This document shows positions 59,438-64,000 of a DNA stretch of 64,000 bases, piece after piece. Source of the stretch: an uncultured Pseudomonadales bacterium (GTDB taxonomy: Bacteria > Patescibacteriota > Microgenomatia > UBA1400 > PJMF01); the NCBI GenBank assembly GCA_964457085.1, contig CAYWDM010000002.1:203418-267417 (forward strand), in the 5' to 3' direction. A program made the position numbers and the translations under genes. The notes beneath the pieces were generated by a model. It had not been told where the DNA came from, did no database searches, and saw only the letters and a list, made by a program, of their open reading frames with translations. Numbering within the stretch: the first letter of the stretch is position 1; every line of letters starts with the position of its first letter.

Positions 59438-59560
59438 TGTAATATCCTACCATGTGGCTTTTTTATTAGTGAAAGGAGACCAAGTGATTCACTCTTGTGA
59501 TTCATGATTCACTGGTTCGTAACTGTGTGTAGAATAATGCCAGAGATGCAAAGTATTTTT

Positions 59561-59875
59561 TTAGTCAGCCTTATCTCGTTTTTTTTCTAAACCTTCAACA
59601 AACGCTATCATATCAGTATCGTTAACTGTCATTCTTGTTTCACGACTTCCACTTCTAATACGTTGGCTTGCCATTGAAATACGCTGACCAGCCATTGCAA
59701 AACGTGATTTATATCCTTCAAATATTCCTCTATTTTTTTCATTCAGTGCTGGCAATTTAAATACTCGTTCTGCCCAAGTAGTCGACGTAAAGGTAATACC
59801 ATCACCATATCTTTCACTCATAACATTTACTATAGCAGCTTGTAGCAATTTCACACCGCGTTTTTCGCCATCACA
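59561..59875 (-). pseudogene. degraded vsr-like (very short patch repair endonuclease) remnant
   Basis: The in-frame upstream extension reads ...IFCDGEKRG (compare Vsr xIFVDGCFWH), then TSTTWAERVFKLPALNEKNRG (compare P.TN..FW..K...N..RD) and GQRISMASQ (compare GWRVLIVWE). The active-site FWH is lost and the N-terminus is truncated by the terminator. Confidence 0.3.
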
Positions 59876-59892
59876 AAAAATCCCGCTGTAGC
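59865..59892. terminator. bidirectional terminator (serves eno on minus strand)
   Basis: aaaaaatcccgc-tgta-gcggga is followed by ttttta. Confidence 0.7.
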
Positions 59893-59923
59893 GGGATTTT
59901 TATACTCTAATAAAACTCTAGCT

Positions 59924-61210
59924 TTATTTCTTGAATGGAAACACAAAATAGCGAGCTTTATCACCTAATTGACGCTCAATTCTCATCAGGCGGTTGTATT
60001 TAGCAACGCGCTCACTTCTAGCTGGAGCACCAGTCTTGATTTGGCCAGTTCCCATGGCAACCACAAAATCAGCAATGAAAGTGTCTTCAGTTTCACCGCT
60101 ACGATGTGAGACAACTGAGGTCATGCCATGCTTGCGAGCAAGCAGAATTGCATCAATGGTTTCAGTCAGTGTCCCAATTTGATTAAGTTTAATCAAAATT
60201 GAGTTTGCTGCTTTGTTATCAATACCTTTTTGCAAGCGACTGACATTTGTGACATATAGGTCATCACCCATGATTTGTACATGAGAGCCAATCTCGGCAG
60301 TCATCTTCTGGAATCCAGACCAGTCGTCTTCAGCAAAGATGTCTTCACAGGAAACGATAGGGTATTTTGCTATTAATTGCTTAAAGAACTCAGCGAGTTC
60401 ATCACTGGATACTGTCTTACCTTCCTTCTTCAAGGTATAGCTGCCATCTTTGTAGAATTCAGTGGCTGCTGGGTCAATTCCGAATGAAATATCTTTTCCA
60501 AGTTCATAGCCGGCTTTTTTAATGGCTTCGGACATAAGTTGGAAAGGTTCTTCGTTGGAAACCGAGTTGGGAGCGTAGCCGCCTTCATCACCCACACTAA
60601 TGGCATATCCTTTAGCTTTCAGAATACCTTTGAGTTGCTGGTAGACCTCAGCGTTCATCCGAACTGCCTCAACCACATTTTTTGCCCCAATAGGGAACAG
60701 CATGTACTCTTGGATATCAGTTGCCCAGTTAGCATGTTTACCACCGTTCATGACATTCATTTCTGGAATAGGCATGATGTAGGTACCATCGAAATCAGGG
60801 TTGAACTTGGTCAGGTATACGTATAGCTCTTTCTTTTCAGATGTAGCTTGAGCACGAGCAGCACTCAGTGATACAGCTAAAATGGCATTAGCACCAAGTT
60901 TGGCTTTATTTGCGGTACCATCCAGCTTAATCATTGTTTCATCTAACAGACGTTGGTCTGCTGCATCAAGACCGATCACTGCTGGAGCAATGATGGTATT
61001 AACATTGGCAACTGCTGTGAGCACACCGGTTCCTAGAAATCGAGTGGAGTCACCATCTCGAAGCTCTACGGCCTCATATTGGCCAGTTGATGCTCCAGAG
61101 GGAACAGCTGCCCAGCCAGTTGAGCCATCTTCCAATGTGACAACTGCTTCGACAGTGGGATTTCCACGACTATCTAAAATTTCTTGTGCTTGAACGGATA
61201 CAATTTTCAT
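59924..61210 (-). CDS. eno: enolase (phosphopyruvate hydratase)
   Basis: [24 protein letters not shown], catalytic-loop residues SHRSGETED and the [10 protein letters not shown] block. Confidence 0.95.
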   Translation of the reverse strand: MKIVSVQAQEILDSRGNPTVEAVVTLEDGSTGWAAVPSGASTGQYEAVELRDGDSTRFLGTGVLTAVANVNTIIAPAVIGLDAADQRLLDETMIKLDGTANKAKLGANAILAVSLSAARAQATSEKKELYVYLTKFNPDFDGTYIMPIPEMNVMNGGKHANWATDIQEYMLFPIGAKNVVEAVRMNAEVYQQLKGILKAKGYAISVGDEGGYAPNSVSNEEPFQLMSEAIKKAGYELGKDISFGIDPAATEFYKDGSYTLKKEGKTVSSDELAEFFKQLIAKYPIVSCEDIFAEDDWSGFQKMTAEIGSHVQIMGDDLYVTNVSRLQKGIDNKAANSILIKLNQIGTLTETIDAILLARKHGMTSVVSHRSGETEDTFIADFVVAMGTGQIKTGAPARSERVAKYNRLMRIERQLGDKARYFVFPFKK

Positions 61211-61340
61211 AGTGTTATTTTCCCTCCTTGGAGAAACGATTTATCTCCCTTAATAATACGGTAGGCTTTATTTCTGTCAAGCCAGCCAGTGACTTTGGCC
61301 CATTTATTTTTCTATATGTTATTTTACTTTTTCGTCTATA

Positions 61341-62048
61341 TTATTTTGCCATCACTTGTAATTTTAATTCTTTTGGCATTTTCTCTATTGCATAGCGAAG
61401 AGCTGTTCGGGGCATTGTAGCTTTATGTTTTAGTACATATTCGAACACTTCATTTTGATGAGCTTGACTGGCGACTTTGAGCATCCATCCGTACCCTTTT
61501 TGTACTAGATCATCTTCGTCCATCAGTAACTCCTCAGCAATGCCAAAAATTTCTGGCAAAAATTTACCCTGTCTGGCCGGAACAATCAAGGAAACTGCCG
61601 CGGCTCGACGCATCCAGCGGTTTTTTGACTTTGTCCATTTTTTCAAATTCTCTAAATATTCAGGATACATTTCTATAAACTTTCCAATTGTGTGGTTACA
61701 TAAAGTGTCGCAGGATGCCCAATTAGAAACGTACTCGTTTACCCATTTTTCAAAGACCTTAAAATCTGCCGGCTGATACGATTTACGGATTAGATAAGAA
61801 AAATGGCAGGCGATAAATGATTCTTCCATGTAGCCCGATTGCCACAATTCATCGCATAGTGTAAATGCTGCTTTTTTATCTAATGCTGCCACATCTTTGT
61901 CATAAGCTTTACCTATCTTGATGACAGTAGCTGTTTTAATACCATACATTTTTACTTTTTCTTTAAAAAAACTTTGGCCTGTGGTTTGAGTTTGTGGATC
62001 GCTGTTTTGTTTTAGTTCTTTTCTGAGTGTGATGACAATTGATTCCAT
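61341..62048 (-). CDS. DNA alkylation repair protein (AlkC/AlkD-like HEAT-repeat glycosylase family)
   Basis: HEAT-like repeats with KNRWMRRAAAVSL and an EKW/NW aromatic cage pattern. Confidence 0.7.
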   Translation of the reverse strand: MESIVITLRKELKQNSDPQTQTTGQSFFKEKVKMYGIKTATVIKIGKAYDKDVAALDKKAAFTLCDELWQSGYMEESFIACHFSYLIRKSYQPADFKVFEKWVNEYVSNWASCDTLCNHTIGKFIEMYPEYLENLKKWTKSKNRWMRRAAAVSLIVPARQGKFLPEIFGIAEELLMDEDDLVQKGYGWMLKVASQAHQNEVFEYVLKHKATMPRTALRYAIEKMPKELKLQVMAK

Positions 62049-62108
62049 ATGTGCAGTATATCAATTCTGCACTCTGACATTTAATTTTTCTCTCAGAGAA
62101 GTCCTTAA

Positions 62109-62146
62109 AACCAAATTGACCCTGTTCTCACGAACAGGGTCAATTC
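62109..62146. terminator. strong hairpin terminator
   Basis: ttgaccctgttc-tcac-gaacagggtcaa is followed by a T-rich run. Confidence 0.7.
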
Positions 62147-62166
62147 TTCTTGCAATATTAGCGTAC

Positions 62167-62550
62167 CTACAGTTCCAGATCGTCTCTGACCACGGTCACT
62201 CCTTTCGGATGACCTTCCAAGGTGAACTGGAAGGAGTCGTGATGAGTTTGTCTCGGCAAAACTGTCATCCAGATTTGGTCGTTGCCGAGGTCTACCAGCA
62301 TGCTCATGCAGTCACCTGAGTGGCTTGCACGTGCAAGCATCTCGCGAGTGACATCACCGCAATCAAACAACCCAGTGACCATGTGTTGTTCAACCTGCAA
62401 TTCGATGATGCTAATCTGCAACTCACTCTCGGCAATTTGCCGAGTGAGGTGCCGATATGCAGCCGTGACTTGAGCCAGGGTCTTGGGACTAACGGGCTTG
62501 AGGTACATGCCATTGAACTTGAGAACGTCATCTTCAATTCGCCAATCCAT
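62167..62550 (-). CDS. hypothetical protein (127 aa), locally GC-rich
   Basis: Single ORF; GC is visibly above the window average. Confidence 0.45.
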   Translation of the reverse strand: MDWRIEDDVLKFNGMYLKPVSPKTLAQVTAAYRHLTRQIAESELQISIIELQVEQHMVTGLFDCGDVTREMLARASHSGDCMSMLVDLGNDQIWMTVLPRQTHHDSFQFTLEGHPKGVTVVRDDLEL

Positions 62551-62794
62551 ATTCGTTTTTCTCCTAAACAGTGAAATGTGGCCTGCTACTTATATTGGAT
62601 GTCCGAGCAGGGTGGTAGAAAGACAAAAAATCTTACCACCACCCTGCTCTCGAAATTATCTGTAACTAGTACGCTGTTAAAGTGCAAAAAGAACACCTTC
62701 ACTTAATCGCCAACAATTCGCAATAAATCCAGGCAATGTAATTGAAGTTGATGATTATACCAAATTGTATTGAATTATGGCTATTTTTATATTC

Positions 62795-63787
62795 TTACCA
62801 TCTTTGATGAACCAAAGGCTTAATGTCAGTGGTGTAGATTCGGTCAATTTCAGCTAAGGTTTGTGGATCTAAATTTGGCAAGTCACTAGCCTTACAGTTT
62901 TCTAAAACCTGAGCTGGAGTCTTACCACCCGCGATCACCGTAGATACTGCTGGGTGCATTAATATCCATTTCAGGGCAAGTTGCGGTAAAGTAAAACCTG
63001 CAGGGACAATCTTCTTAAGTTTCTCAACAGCTCGAAGGCCAGTCTCAAAATCTACACCTGCAAAAGTCTCACCAACATCAAATGCTTGGCCTTGACGGTT
63101 GTATTGGCGATGATCATTGGCAGTAAATTTTGAGTCTGAGGTAAATTTGCCAGTCAGCAAACCACTTGCCAACGGCACTCTGACAATTACTCCAATGTTC
63201 TTTTCAGCTGCCAATTGGAAAAATTGTTCCATCGGTCGCTGTCGAAAAATATTAAAAATAATCTGGACAGTAGCCACTCCCGGAAACTCTAAGGCTTTGA
63301 AGGCTTCCTCAACTTTTTCGACACTTACGCCATAGTGTTTAATCTTACCTTCGGACACCAACGCATCAAGGGCGGCAAAAGTATCTGGTTGGTAATAGAC
63401 CTGAGTGGGTGGGCAATGAAGCTGTAATAAATCCAAACTATTTGTCTGAAGATTTTGCAGACTTCTAGTCACAAATGCAGATAAATTTTGGGAATTGTAA
63501 CCTTCTGCACTATGAGGACTGAGTCGACGACCAGCTTTAGTGGCTACGGTAAAATCATAATCAGTTGCGGCTGGACTCTCTAAAAATTTCGCAATGATTT
63601 TTTCACTGCGACCATCGCCGTACACATCAGCAGTATCTATGAAATTAACCCCAGCTTTTGGAAGAGTTTCGAGAACACTTTGAGCTGTAGCTTCAGAGAC
63701 ATCCCCCCAATCAGCACCAAGTGACCATGAGCCATACCCAATTTCAGAAACTTGATAGCCTGTTTTACCTAGAGTGCGATATTTCAT
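62795..63787 (-). CDS. aldo/keto reductase family oxidoreductase
   Basis: MKYRTLGKTGYQVSEIGYGSWSLG...INFIDTADVYGDGRSE is the AKR N-terminal signature. Confidence 0.9.
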   Translation of the reverse strand: MKYRTLGKTGYQVSEIGYGSWSLGADWGDVSEATAQSVLETLPKAGVNFIDTADVYGDGRSEKIIAKFLESPAATDYDFTVATKAGRRLSPHSAEGYNSQNLSAFVTRSLQNLQTNSLDLLQLHCPPTQVYYQPDTFAALDALVSEGKIKHYGVSVEKVEEAFKALEFPGVATVQIIFNIFRQRPMEQFFQLAAEKNIGVIVRVPLASGLLTGKFTSDSKFTANDHRQYNRQGQAFDVGETFAGVDFETGLRAVEKLKKIVPAGFTLPQLALKWILMHPAVSTVIAGGKTPAQVLENCKASDLPNLDPQTLAEIDRIYTTDIKPLVHQRW

Positions 63788-64000
63788 GACCCTAGTATAA
63801 AGTGCTGAAGTGGTACAAGCGAGGTCGGATTTTAAAATAGTTCAGGCTATTAAGAATCTCATGTATTTACCGAATTAATGCCATGGGTTCTGTACTGATG
63901 ATCAGCGACCATGTCGCAGCAAAAAAAACAGTGGCAGCAATTATTACACCTGCAAAGTGGGGATAGAATCGATGTAAAGAAGACTTTTTTTTGATTAAAT

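Noticed and set aside
1-64000. CRISPR array
   Set aside because: No regularly spaced direct repeats of 25-40 nt were seen.

Overview
The window is AT-rich (about 40% GC) and looks like a small-genome bacterium; the ribosomal cluster has a CPR-like flavour (no L30, K/A-rich ribosomal-protein tails), but this taxonomic guess is inference only. Contents, 5' to 3':
(1) A partial GT-C-like membrane protein gene running off the 5' edge, an MsbA-type ABC exporter and an IMPase-family gene.
(2) A near-complete S10-spc-alpha ribosomal protein cluster (rpsJ through rplO, secY, adk, then infA-rpmJ-rpsM-rpsK-rpsD-rpoA-rplQ-rplM-rpsI). Two tandem paralogous secreted/lipoproteins with their own terminators are inserted between adk and infA, and map is absent.
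(3) HU, VanZ-like and lamin-tail-domain surface proteins, then a tRNA-Ser(GCU) followed by odd tRNA-3'-end-derived repeats.
(4) A HAMP-only sensor, a PAS histidine kinase and a single-domain response regulator.
(5) A divergent MoxR-type AAA+ ATPase next to two translationally coupled giant proteins (1401 aa and 1070 aa); the second is built from about 12-14 degenerate ~75-aa repeats. This is the best candidate for an undescribed system.
(6) A P1B-type ATPase and a methyl-cycle cluster (SAM methyltransferase, polyprenyl synthetase, PfkB kinase, adenosylhomocysteinase, glutaredoxin-like).
(7) Hypothetical membrane and acidic proteins, a GIY-YIG protein and an APH-family kinase.
(8) A T-box leader upstream of argH-argG.
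(9) A second, atypical class-II tRNA with two copies of a structured repeat element, followed by a small island carrying a Dcm-type methyltransferase, a putative restriction endonuclease and a degraded vsr-like remnant.
(10) Enolase, an AlkD-like DNA-alkylation repair protein and an aldo-keto reductase.
No CRISPR array and no rRNA were found.
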